DNA of 64,000 nucleotides from Lama guanicoe (Eukaryota). The stretch lies in the NCBI GenBank assembly GCA_013239625.1, contig MU054098.1, positions 744,001-808,000 of the forward strand, in the 5' to 3' direction. The notes under the pieces were generated by a model. That model was not told the origin of the DNA and made no database searches. It saw only the letters and a list, made by a program, of their open reading frames with translations. A program made the position numbers and the translations under genes. Shown piece by piece: positions 25,471 to 38,563 of the stretch. Positions within the stretch are counted from its first letter, which is position 1. The number at the start of each line of letters is the position of its first letter.

Positions 25471-28339
25471 AGTATATAGATAACAATATTAACCTGTCCA
25501 AATATAACAACACTCCTCATTATTTAACACCATCTTCCACAGCTTTACATTTATGTTTTTTTCACCTTTACCTACTCCAATGCTCTTAACCACAAAGACC
25601 TCCAAATAATTTGTGTCTGGTCTTTTTAAAAAATGTTGTGATTCATTTCTTTCATTTTCTTATTTCATTACCAATTACTATTATTGAGAAACATTTTGCA
25701 CACTTTTCCATCTTTATTTCTATTAGTAAATGGTTATTCCCTCATCTTTAAAAATAAATCTGAGATCTTTGAAAGTACACACATTCTTGATTTGTAGAAG
25801 CCAATATATGACTAATGTCTCCTGATTTGTCTTCCATTTAAGTTCTTTGAGAACATTGTCGGTGACTAAGTAGTTTTTATACTGAGAATGTATTTTTTTC
25901 CATGAATATTTGGGATATTTTAAAACTTCAAGGCTGTTAATCAAGGTGCCTTGGAAAAAGTATACACAACCTTTGTAGTCAGGCAGACTTAGGTTTGATT
26001 CCTGGCTCTACTCATATTAGCTATGTGTTTGGAAATGTGATTTAAACTTCCTATGTCTCCATTTCCTATTTATTATGGTGGTTGTAATAACTACATAAGA
26101 TAATATATGTACTTCGCCAAATGCACTGACTAGGATATGATGGGACGCAATACTAGTTAATTCCTTTCCCTTCCTCTACTCTTTTTTCAAGCAGTTCCCA
26201 TGATTTCTTCCCTGAATAGCCTCCAACCACAAAGAGTTTTTCTTTCTCTACTGTATGGAATGGTAAATATTATGTAACAATTTCAGTAATACTATAAAAG
26301 TTCTGACAAAAGTTTGAATGAATAGAAAATTGATACCACTGATCAAAACATACAATTGATGATTTTCTTGAGCTATCTAGCCATTTTCCTTTTGGTTACT
26401 ATTTCTTCTAGTGCACATCTAAATGAAAGGTAACTATTTAAAATTTGCTTAGAAGCTATGTCAATGTTTCAATTCGGTTTCAAGTCAGTCCAATATATAT
26501 AAGGCCCACAAGTGAATAATGGAAAAATCATAGAAGTAAACAGATTTCATTCTGTAAAATGTCGTTTTTTTTACCTTTCAGATCATGCCATGGAACTCAT
26601 GACTGTTTATGTTATGATTTCATCTTTTACTGACTCTGTTATTCACAGATTCATTGTCTTTAAAATCACATGAAGGTCACTGATTTGTTTCCTTATAAAA
26701 ATGACATAAGGGATTAAAGCTGAAATTCTGTAGCTACTGACTCACACTTGCATTTGTCCATTTTAAAAGATGTAATTTATAGAAAGGAAACACCCAGCCT
26801 TGAGCTGTGTCAGACTTCTGTTGCTCTAACAAATTAAGAAATAAAAGTTAACATAAATAAGTGTGCATGACCTGTCAACTGGTCAGTCATCTAAATTAAA
26901 CCTAACACAATTCTTATTTTTATTTCACATGGTTTTTTCTCTCATTGTGTATATATTCGTGTAATGTATATCATATCTCACACACACATGCATTTTTTAC
27001 CTATATGTCAATAAGAATAAAAGTCAATGTTGAAAGTATTCACATACGTGTACTAACTTTCTAATTATTGAAGCCAAGAATATAAATGCATTTTCTGCTC
27101 ATTCTGAATTTATTAAGCATGACATGCTTCTCAAGGACAATAAGATGTAGTCAAATTTTCAGAGGCTTTCATTTAATATGCCACATAGCCTTCAAGAAGC
27201 AGTGAGCCATGATGGAAAAGAAACTGATTTCAGATTTAGGAGATTTGGGTTTTCTTTGTAAGTTTTGCCAGTGATTAGCTGTGTGACCTGGAACAATTTG
27301 GGGATGCTAAGGCCTTAATTTAGTCATCTTTAAAGCACAAGCAATATTAAGTCTGTTACAAATGCTATCATTATACTTTTGTTCTATTGCTTTACTAAAA
27401 TGCTTAGTACTTAATGTGTGGTTGCTTTCATAACCACATTTAGGAATCATGAAGTACTTTGCTAATATTCTTAAAATTATCAAACCCCACAAGTAAGCTA
27501 ATAAATTATCAAAATTATCAAACTCCATAAATAATCTAATAAAAACTCTATTGGTGTTGGGAACTAATCATCAATTGATATTCAGACAGCTGATTTTATC
27601 TGAGAGGGTAAACTATAGCTCATCATTTACTTATTTGCAATATAAGCCAAGGTGTAATTCAGATATCTAAGGGCTTGCTAATAACAAATAATTCATGACT
27701 CCTAAAAATCTTACTATTTCCATCTGCATTGTTCAACTAACCTAACCCATTTCTGCACACAAAGAAGGTGCTGAACTCATGTTTGCTGATGGATTTTTAA
27801 GTAACTTTAGAGCAACAGGATTGAGCATGAATGACTCTAAGTTTATGGAGTTTTTCTTTTTATAAAAATATTATCCATCTGAAAATTTCTATGAGTCAGT
27901 AAAAAAGAGATTTGGTCATTATGTGTTTAGGTTATAGTGAAAAAGTCACCTGAGGGAGTTTATCCAAATTCATATTTCTTCTTTAGGCTTTGGGGCAATG
28001 GGATTTTTATATTAGTATTTTAATTCCATACAATCGCTTTTTTATCTACTCTTCTCCCTGAAATTTCTCTAAGTTCAACAGTGACCTTTTTCTGCCAAAT
28101 CCCTTACGTAGAGTCCATATACTGTATCTCCAACTAGACTCCAAACTACTGGAAAGAAGAACTAAGCATTGTTTCCTCTTCTGGGAGGCCCTGGAATACT
28201 CAGTCAAATGTCTTACACAGAGCAGAATCTTAACAATCATTGAACATAATAATGTATAAAGTTGGGAGGAAAACTGAGAAAGTGTTTAATTTGGAAGATT
28301 CTATGATAAATATGATCCTTAGATATTCCCCGAGCTTTG

Positions 28340-28880
28340 AATAATCAATGCTTAAAGTTTGGATCTCTGCTCTTTTCTGTCTACAACCTTCTCTCCCTTG
28401 GGAAGTTTTGAAATTCAGCTAAACCAGAGTAGTATGAATTGCTCCAAATTCCTTTACCTCCAGGCTTAACCTGTCTCCAGATATCAAATATCATGTTTTC
28501 AGCTATCAAAGAACATCTGCTGGTGCATGTCTCACCATTATCTTAAATATACTTCAATCCAAGGCCAGTAACTAGTCCCTAATTTATCTTTTCTCATGCT
28601 GTGAAGCATGACTGTCCCATGCCCCTTGGAATGTTTCCCTTCCTCTGTGTCAATTCGAACCCTGGTTACCCTTGGGATCCAGTTCAGTTCCTATCTCTTA
28701 CAATAAAATTCCCTTAATTGTTTCTCCCTCTTCATTTGCACATGGCACAAAATTTAGTACTTCATTATGTAATGTCTCAGTTTTTGTTGAATGTCTATGT
28801 ATTTTATCTTATCAAATAAAATGTAAGTCCCTCCATGGTAAGAACCGTAACACACAAGAAACGTTCATTAAATACTGGCT
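28340..28880 (+). mobile_element. L2 LINE fragments
   Basis: Degenerate L2 segments ending AATGTAAGTCCCTCCATGGTAAGAACC...TTCATTAAATACTGG. Confidence 0.55.
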
Positions 28881-31800
28881 TGGCAGTTCTGTGCTGCTAA
28901 GAATAAATACTATACTCTCTACCATGTTTTTACAATATTATGCATAATCAAGTGTTAAAAAATATTTTTTTTGTTGTTGATGATGACGATATAAATCTAC
29001 ATGATTACTCAGCTAGATCTAAAGTAGGCTTCAGTGTAAAAATAAAAATCTGGCTCAGTACAAAAGTCTGAATTATTCTTTTGAAATTATTTTATTCCAA
29101 CACAAATATATAACTTTAGATTCACTAAAGATGGTAATAAATGAATTAGATTTTTTTTTCAGGGGGATGTAATTAGAGACCAAATTAAACACAAAGAGAA
29201 GTCATGAAGAAACCATAAATGAATTTTCCTTTTCTTCTCCCTATCATCTGAGGTCACCCTCAAAGACTGAAGAGTTCTGAATACAAATAGAGTAAATTGA
29301 ATACTCCTCGTAAAAAATAGGTTCTGATACAGGGGGAAAGATTATAGGAAATGCAATTAAAGGCCTGCAGATGAATATCAGTCCATAAATTTCTTTTTCT
29401 TCTAAAGTCCTTTATAAAGTAATAGCTTACATATCCAATGAAATCTAAGAATATATTAAAGGAATAACGTAATTTCTAATTAGGAAACTCAATCATAAAC
29501 TAAGCATTGACAACACTGATATTTCAGCAAGATATTAATGAAGTCCCATTTAAAATTCTCCACTGAAAGCTGAATTTGGGGTAAAATAATTCAATATTTT
29601 GTCAATATTTTAATGAGAACTAATAGAACCATGCTATACTAATCAGAATTTTCTTATGAAATAAAAAGTCTTTCCTAATACTTGTATTTAATGCTATTTT
29701 GAACGTACAAGGTGTCCTCTGTTATCAGGGCTCTGGATATCACAGGAAATGTGAACTGGGTAGGGCTAATGGTTATAAACGTAAAGAAGAAGACATACGC
29801 TGAAGCACTCTTTTGAAATATTGGAAGGGGAAATCAAAGCAGGCTTGGTTGATTTTCAAGAAACCTTCCCTGACTAAAGTACAACTGGACAGTTAGCCTT
29901 ACTATATATTCTGCAGAAACTGATATGGAATTTTTTGTTTTCATCAAAGTCATCTTGCTCATCAATCAGCCTATATTTATTTAAACCTTGAGCATATGCA
30001 AATGAATGTCCGCTCCTCTGTAGAGAAATAAACATTTATCATGTGTTCTTTAATTAATAGGACTTTCTCTCTCTCTCTCAATTGCACCATTTATTTGTGA
30101 ACACATAAAATCCTCTGGAACTAAGTGTCCATGGCATGAGGGGAAGGGGATGTACTAAAAGTAGACTGAAATTTTGTATGAGAAAGCCTGGCTTTATTTA
30201 AATCCTGGCTATACAACCAACTCTGTGTGACCTTGGATGAATAATTTAAACTTTCTTACTCTTAATTTTCTCATTTGTGCAATCATTGTAATAATATTGG
30301 CCATCATTAACTCCCAGGTATGTTTAAAATCAAATGAGAAAATATATGAGAAAAATATGTGAAAACTCTATATGTTTACAAATGTAAATTTTATTATGAT
30401 ATGAGAAGTAGATATATGAATAATAAGGATGTTCAGTAAATGTGTTATTAAAAACTTCCACTACATATATTGCCTTGTTAGAAAATAAATAATGAGGGGA
30501 AAAAAGAGGGAAAGGAGAATACAAGAGTAGCTTTTAGGCTGAAAAAATCAACAATAGCAAATATAGAAAATTAAAAAGACATAGCAAATGTAAAAAGTAA
30601 TAAAAGAGAATGTAAAACAGATACTGGGTTGAATCTCAATAAAAGTACCTATATTACCAAATAGGTAGTATGTGATATATATTTATTCGTCCTGGAAAAT
30701 TTATAGCTCCAAGAGTTAAGATAATGGAAAGTTTTAAATGGGAAAGCATAAATATCTCTAATTTTCTTCTTTACTATGGGTAAAGGAGTTATTGATGTTC
30801 AAAGGTTGACAATATGAATCACTGGAACTGTTTGTATTTCTGCAGTGCTTTCATGTTGAAAAGACTTTTGCTGAATCATTTTGATCCATTTGACCTTTAC
30901 TTCTTTCTCAAATTCGCGTGTCTATTAAACATTCAATTAAAAAAAAGTTTTAAAATCTTCCCTCTCTCCCTCAAAAAGTAAAATATCTATCATGTTATGA
31001 TTCGCCATTCAAGATGGGGTAGAAATCTTATTGAGAAAAAAATCAATGGTTTCTGGAAAGACAGCAGGGTATTATTCATCCTATTAAATCATTAAGTAAC
31101 TTGTGGAGGGTTTGTAACTACAGAGAGTTTAATTTAAACCACCAAAAAATGGCCATGTTTAATTTGTTATTGCAAGCCAATGATCTCTTAAATTTATTTT
31201 AAGTAATAAAAAACAAAAAGAAAGGATAGCTTCACTCATTCAGTAATCTTTAAAAAAAACATAAATCATTTCAAATGTAGGACAGTGGAGTGAATGGAAA
31301 ACGAGAAGGGCAAAAGACCTGACGTGAGAATTGGCTTTAGCCTTTTTAAGGTTTCTTATGTAGTTGAAGACTCATAACCGTTATTTTCTGAGCTCATCAA
31401 AGACTAGAACCCAAGTCATTTAATTCTAAATTTGCACTATAAAACCCCCTTTCCATAGTGCTTGTGTACTTTTATATATACATTATTCAGCAAATATATA
31501 TTGAAAGAACCCACAATGTGTAATGATGTATGCAGAGGGTGGTTGGGGTGGGGTATAAACATGAATAATATATAATTTTTGTCCTATGTGAATTCATAAT
31601 CCAATAGGAAAGAGAAGACTGACATTAAAAAGTGAGATGATGCATATGAAAACTTAAACACCATGCCTGGCACATAGGGGACCCTGAAATCTAAATCATA
31701 ACCCATTTTAATTTTAAGCATATCTTCTTGGCTTTATAATAACTTCATCTCCCCCTACATTTTCTCTGCCTTAATAAGACAGTGCATCTTTCTCTGAATG

Positions 31801-33218
31801 AAGCATAAGACTGTCTTCAGTCACTCCCCAATGTCCCCCATTGCCTGGAGATCATCACTTCATGACCCACCTTATAGTCTGTTTATTTCATCTTGGCTTT
31901 TGACAGCTACTTTGGCATCTGGTTACTATTAACCCTACATATGCTTTGCCTAGGAGTTGAACAGCATTATTTTGTGCCATTGTGGTGCGAGTGGGGAGTA
32001 TGCAGACTTCAAACATAGAACTGGGGAGTTATGTGAAGTGAACTTTAAAACATTTACCCTGAGATTCTCAAATCACAATGGGAATGAAAAGGGGGACACA
32101 TCTGAGCAGCATTTTGCCAAAAATCTTCAGAATCTGTATTGATGGATTTAATTGAGAGTAGATGAAGAGAGGTGATCCAAGAATGACTCCAAGGCAGAAA
32201 GAAGGAGCATTATCTTAATTACCCATAAAAGCAAAATAATTTGGGAGGAGGGGTCTTTAAAAAATATCTAACAATATGGGTGTTGCCATAAATGTATTCT
32301 ATATTATGCTGCAGAAATAAATGTACTTTTATTTGATCTTATTGCTTCACTCCGAATCAAGAGACTCACAATATCCACTATGGATATGAACAAACTTACC
32401 TGCTTTTCTGAAAATGGTACTAATACAAGGCAAAAAAATCAAATTACTTTATAGAAATATATTATCTTCTAAGGTTTTCAGTGTTTTTAACTTTTGAATT
32501 CTGACTATTTTTATTGCAGTGGTAAAATTTGGGGCCGTTTTCTCCATATTCTTTTTCCCATTTTATATATTCATGTAATTTGTGCCTGTAGATTTATAAC
32601 CTTAGAGATGTAAGTCATTTAGCCTTAGTGTTTTCTGCATTCTTGTTTGTAACAAAGAGGTTAATTAGAAGAACACTTACAGAAAGATCATCTACTTCAA
32701 CTTTTTCATTTTATGGTTGTAAAAACTATATTCCAAGTCGAGCAAGTGATTGACCCACTTTTATTTGATTCATCCTGAATGTGAGGGTAGGAAAGAGAGA
32801 AATCAATGATGCCTGGGTCATAAATTGAAGAACTGTATTATTACATGGAGTTGCCATTTCTATATAATAGGACTGTTAGCGTCTTTAGGGAAGTATTGGG
32901 TAATGTGTGTTATCACCTCTCTAACATCCAACAAAGTGTTGGACTTATAGTAGGGCTCAAACACTTACTGAAATCCATAATTTTTATAGGCTTTTAAACT
33001 CACCTTCATCTTATAATTAACTAATTTGGCAGATAAACATGGATAGTGAATTTTGTAAATTTACTCACAAAAAATTTAGATAATTGGCTGAGGTATGGCA
33101 ATAGAAGCAGGAAAAGTTGAGGTAGACCATTATCCAATGGGAAGGTAATGAACCTTCAAACTAAGGAATATGCATTTGCTAGCTCAAGATTTTGGAGAAT
33201 TAAGTGTCATTGTATCAG

Positions 33219-33499
33219 AGAGAAAGTATAATGGTGGTTTCCAGAAGCTGGGTGTAAGGGAGGATGGGGAGCTATTGTTTAATGAGTATAGAATTGGTTT
33301 TACAAGATGAAAAGTTTACGGGGATAGGTGGTGGTGAGGGGTGCACAGCAATGTGAATGTATTTAATACTCTTGAACTGTACACTCAAAAAATGGTTAAA
33401 TGGTAAATTTTATGCTATGTGTATTTCACCACAATAAAAATAATTTAAAAAAGAAATAATCATCCTAAAAAAGATAACTTCCAAAGGGGTGAAAAAAGA
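33219..33499 (+). mobile_element. 5'-truncated L1MB-like insertion with 13-bp TSD
   Basis: L1MB-type 3'UTR (TGAACTGTACACTCAAAAAATGGTTAAATGGTAAATTTTATG...CACAATAAAAA) flanked by GTCATTGTATCAG at 33206-33218 and 33500-33512. Confidence 0.85.
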
Positions 33500-34426
33500 G
33501 TCATTGTATCAGTGAGCAGTTTGGGGGCTAATACATTTTAATAACTGTAAATGTGTAGTTTTCTTAGTTTTCTCCATTAATGCTCACAATCAGAGTAGAA
33601 AATAGGATAGGTTAACTCAAAATAGTGGAGGTAAAACGTGGGTGCGGTGGGTGCAATGAAAGGGCAATGAGGAGCGTGTGTTGGGTGATGATAAGAAACA
33701 CAGGCATGACTGACAGGGTCAGACTAGGAAGACAATGAAGTTAAGCAAAGAGCGGGCATTATAACTAAGGCCCTTTTGGAAGGGCCCAGCAAGAGTTGAT
33801 GAGGTTGAAGAGCAGGTACAAGGGAAGCAAAAGTGGTGGTGGAGCTGGGACTGAATGTCATAATCTGAGGGTAGTATTCCTGAGCTTAAAATTTTAGAAA
33901 TCGATGCATTTCAGGTGTGGACATGGGCCTGAAGTTGAGGACAATAGAAAATAAGAGGTCAAGGAATGATGAGGCTACACTGTTAACTGGCAACCTTCAT
34001 GGATACTGAAGTCTCCAGAGAATGGAAAGATTAAAAATGAATAGTAAGAAAGAACCAGGTACCAAAAATTTCCATGAAGGTGTACATAGCAGAGACAAGA
34101 AAGAAATGTTCAAATGGTGTATGTTTCAAAAAGTATTGGTTTAAACAAAAGTAGAAGAGACATGTTCTAGCATTTTGGAAGTTAAAAAAATGGAACTAGG
34201 AGAGTTTCAGCTGTAGCTTTAAGTCCTTACATGTGGAGGAGTGATAAGATTCATGAAGTGGGGAGAGGTAGAGGATGAGAATTAATTCATCTTCATTTTA
34301 GAGATCTGTCAGGAAGTAGGAAAACTTCTGTAGGAGGAATCCACATAGGAGAAATCCAGGTTTTGGTTAAGGCAAGGAGGTAGAGGAAGTGCTCAGTGAA
34401 ATGGCTGGGGGTCCCTACTTTCTAGT

Positions 34427-34635
34427 ACACTGCTGTCCAAAAGAACTTTCTGCAGTGATAGACATGGTCTGTATCTGACTGTCCAATAAGTAAACAGTAG
34501 CCACATGTGGCTGTTGAGTAGCTGAGAGGTGTTCTTCGAGACTAAGGGACCGAATTTACAATTGTTTTCAATTTCAATTAATTTAAATTTAAATAGCCAC
34601 ATGCGTCAGGTGGCTACTGTATTGGTCAATGTAGT
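34427..34635. mobile_element. MER3-like hAT-Charlie MITE
   Basis: CTGCTGTCCAAAAGAACTTTCTGCAGTGAT...TAGCCACATGTGGCTGTTGAG...TTAATTTAAATTTAAATAGCCACATG...GTGGCTACTGTATTGG. Confidence 0.8.
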
Positions 34636-37600
34636 TCTAAGTTCTTTCTGATAGCTGTCAATAAATTTATGCCTCGTTATTAATAGGTAATGATAAAATG
34701 TTACCCCTCTAAGTGGATGTTTCTATTTAAAGGAGACAAAGACTAAGATTAAAGAAGTTTGGGAGCCAAAAATCCTTTCCAGTTGCTTTCAAATTTGACC
34801 ATTTACATGGTCATCTATGAATAAAGTTAATCTTAATTAATGAGATTAACTTTATTAAATGCCCACCACATGTACCATGTTGTAATAAGCAAATATGAAG
34901 ATATTGGGGTTAATTGCAGATGGCATAGTCTTACTACAACTGAAGGGAGGAAGGAATAGATAGGGTGAAGTAGAGATGTTGTGTACAGGGAGACAAAACA
35001 TAATTCAGATTCCTGCTCATGTGCCTCTTATTTGAAATCCTGTTTTCACTAAATTATTTGTGCACTGAAATTTCAGAAGTGATTACCAAAGAGTTGTTGC
35101 ATATGAGCATTAGTATTAAATCTGCTAGAAACTGGCTAAACGATGGTGGAGCTTAACCTCTTGGTTGGTTTCAAAGTTACTTGTCTAAAATGGAGATTAC
35201 GAGGCTGTTTTGCAGCAATGTTCTCAGTATATGAGAAAGCTTTAATGTGTTTTTAAGAAAGGCAGAGATGGAGTGATCAGTTAATGGAACACTCATTAAT
35301 CTGGTAGTTGGCAGTTTCTGTGATTCAATAGTATAAAAGTTGCAGATAATGTAAGTATCTTGGAACAGTGACAAATGAATGATAATAATAATAAAATGTG
35401 GCTTTGTGCAGTAATTCAAAAAATTTTAAATGCTTGATATCCATGTGTTTCACATCAGATGAGATTAATATACTATTACATTAACATATGACATTAATAT
35501 ATACTGTTATATTTAAATAACATATTATTAACCCCAACTTATGGTCAAGTTTTCTTAGTTTGCTCATGGTTATCCACGCCATTAGTAGGACATAATTTAT
35601 TATTTCTTCTGTTAGGTCACTAAGCTTTATCAGATGCTCTACTAAAACAATCTCAATACAAACACCATACATTCTCATTCTGTGAGATATTCCACTGCTA
35701 TAAAGGGAAGGTAGAAAGAGATTCTTTAATGATACTGGCCAAAGAGTCTGGAGTCTTTGTAAATTGAAATTTAATTGCCAGTGTGTTCAGCAAGCAGACA
35801 CCTTCTTCAATCTCAGGCCTTGTACAATTTAATAAAAGTAGTCAAGGATACTTAATATTGATTACTGATAACCTCTCCCTCAAATTTTGTTTTAATTTCT
35901 GTGTTTCCTTTAGTTGAAGAGTAATACGTTTTACTTGAAGGACATAAATGGAACACTAACATAATTGGAGTTTGATGCAGACTTCAGATTATTATTTAGA
36001 TTTAGGTATTTACCAGTAAATGCAGAAATATTCCTGAATAATTAAATTCCAAAGGGTAGTGATAATCTTGCAAATCTAACATGGTTTTAAAATTTATTTT
36101 CCAGACAAGAAATCTACAATTTGTAAATCTCGGTGGGTGAGGTGTCCATGTTGTTTAAACCCGTAATGGATTAGCCCAACATTACATCATAGATGTTAGT
36201 TTTTTAGATCTTACTTTTACTGCTAAAGGAATAAGCCCATACTTCCCATATAGCCTTGAAAGCACAAAGAAATATTTCTTATATTTCTTATTCCATTTTC
36301 TTAAATAAATCTACAAGAATACCTTGAGAAATGAAAGGGGAAAGTCCAATGGTACCAATAAAATAGGAATATCTTTCTCTTCATAGGCTATTTATGACGA
36401 CTATGTGAAATAATGTATATATGTAATGCTCTTGGCTCCATGCCTGGCATCCAGTAGGCTTGCAAAAATGTCAGTTCTCACCTCTCTTCCCATGAATTCA
36501 TATTGCACCAAAGCCTGTCATCTGAAAAAGTCATCACCGTCATTCATGACAGTTCTAGATATAGACCTCTCAAGAAAGCATAGGAAAGGTTAATAACCTA
36601 GATTATGCAGACAGGAAAATACTGCCAGTGTTGGCTTAAGCATCCCAGATCCTACCTTGATATTGCAATTACAAGCCTTATTCACCTTCTGAATTTCAGG
36701 ACTTGTGTTGGGCTTGTTGCTGTAGACGATAAAAGCTATAAGGAAAAAAAAATGGTGCGGACAAAACAAATTTATCTCCTTCCAGAGGACCAGAAGAACA
36801 TATTTAGGGAATGAGAAATTTAATTAAATATTCTATAACCCATCTTCCCCAAATATAAAAAAAAATTACTTAATTCCCCCTACCCATGGGGGAGAGGTAA
36901 GATGACTCCCAGAGATCAAGGTATCATGGGGCAAAGAAACTATACTTTTCCAAAAAGATAGTATTCAGTGTGACTTAAATACTACAAAGGAAATGAAGTT
37001 ATCATGGTAGAAATTATTTTTTTTTCCCTGTGGGGCATGTCAGTTGGCCTTTTTCATTGTGCCTACACATACGTAGTCAACTACAGAAACACCTGGTTTC
37101 TACCTTGTTCATATTTTGATTGTCAGAATGGCTGTTATGTAGATAAACTTAAACTCTGGAACACAAATGTCCTTTGTAGTACTGTGTGTGTGAGGTCACA
37201 AATGTCTGCAAACGGGGGAGCCCAAGAGGTTACTTACTGCGCAGCATCTCCCCCAACCCCAATCATTTTAGCTCAGTGCTAGTTCCCCCTAGAGGGAGGT
37301 TCCCTCGGTTAGACTGCCTAAAAGGGTATGCGGTGAGGGGCACATGCACTTAGCGGCTCTGCAGTCAGAGGATTACTTGGATGGGTCCTGTGATGGTAAA
37401 TATTAATGAAAAAGCTGCTCGGTACGGGCAATGATGCTCGAACAAATCAAATATTCTCTAAGTTCCGAATGTTGCCCGCTGGATTTGAGTGGAGGACTTC
37501 TGTCGCTTAAAAGGGGTCTCGAACACAAAACACAATGTTTGTCACCTCTGGTCGCATATTACCCAACATGAAGCAAAAAGCAAAGGGCATGGCGCAGAAA

Positions 37601-38362
37601 AGAAACAAACACACAGATACGTTTTGCAATGACGAACTTTATGTGACATCAGGAACGGCAACCTGTTCTCATGCTTAGCAATTCCGAGGTACGCTGTTAA
37701 GGCTGCTTGTCAGGTTAAACTGAGTAAAGGAACCGGAAAAAGAGGCAGTGCTGGAGACTTCTCGGCAATCCTTTTCAAAATATAAAACTGTCACCAAGTG
37801 ACTTAGGTAAGCTAATAAAAAGGCTCGCTCTATACCCTTATACTCTCCTCTTAAACTTACGTGACCATCAGCAGCGCTGTTCAAATTCAGCCAACAGCTG
37901 TTACACCAAGACAGATCTGCAGTGTTTATCTCCCCTGAGTTACCGGTGTTCACTGAAACCCTCCGAAAATTAGGGTCGCTTTTCAGTGAGAACTTAATAG
38001 AGAATCCTTCGCCTTCCTCTGCTCCCATTGCCCCAAGCCTTGAGCCCCCTCCCACTTGCCCGCTATCTGATTTCTTAAAAACGTAGTCTGTTCCCCCAAT
38101 TCAGTTGCACCTTCCGCAGCCCGAACCTTTGCCCAGAGATACCCACGTTCAATTTCTCTTTCTCCTTCCTCCCTCCTCACTTCTTGAGACCCCACGTCCG
38201 CCTTCTGTTTCTCTCCAGGCTTCCCGGGCGCCGTGTTCTCGAGACCCCCGCCTCCGCCCAGCTCCCTCATCTCGAGTTCCCTCCTGCCAAACGTCCTCTG
38301 AGACGTCGGTGCCCCTCCCGTGGAACCTAAGCCCTCCACTCCTCCCTGAGACCCCAGTCTCT

Positions 38363-38437
38363 NNNNNNNNNNNNNNNNNNNNNNNNNNNNNNNNNNNNNN
38401 NNNNNNNNNNNNNNNNNNNNNNNNNNNNNNNNNNNNN
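38363..38437. other. Assembly gap (75 N) beside a C-homopolymer in the CpG island
   Basis: Directly visible. Confidence 0.99.
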
Positions 38438-38563
38438 CCCCCCCCCAGGCCAGTGCGGTCTTGCAAGCTGCAACCATCCGGGACCTGTCCCCGCTCCCCG
38501 CCCCATCCCCCTCCTAAACCGTTAGGGTCTTGGCTAGCAATGTCGCCTGGGGCTCTAACTTAC

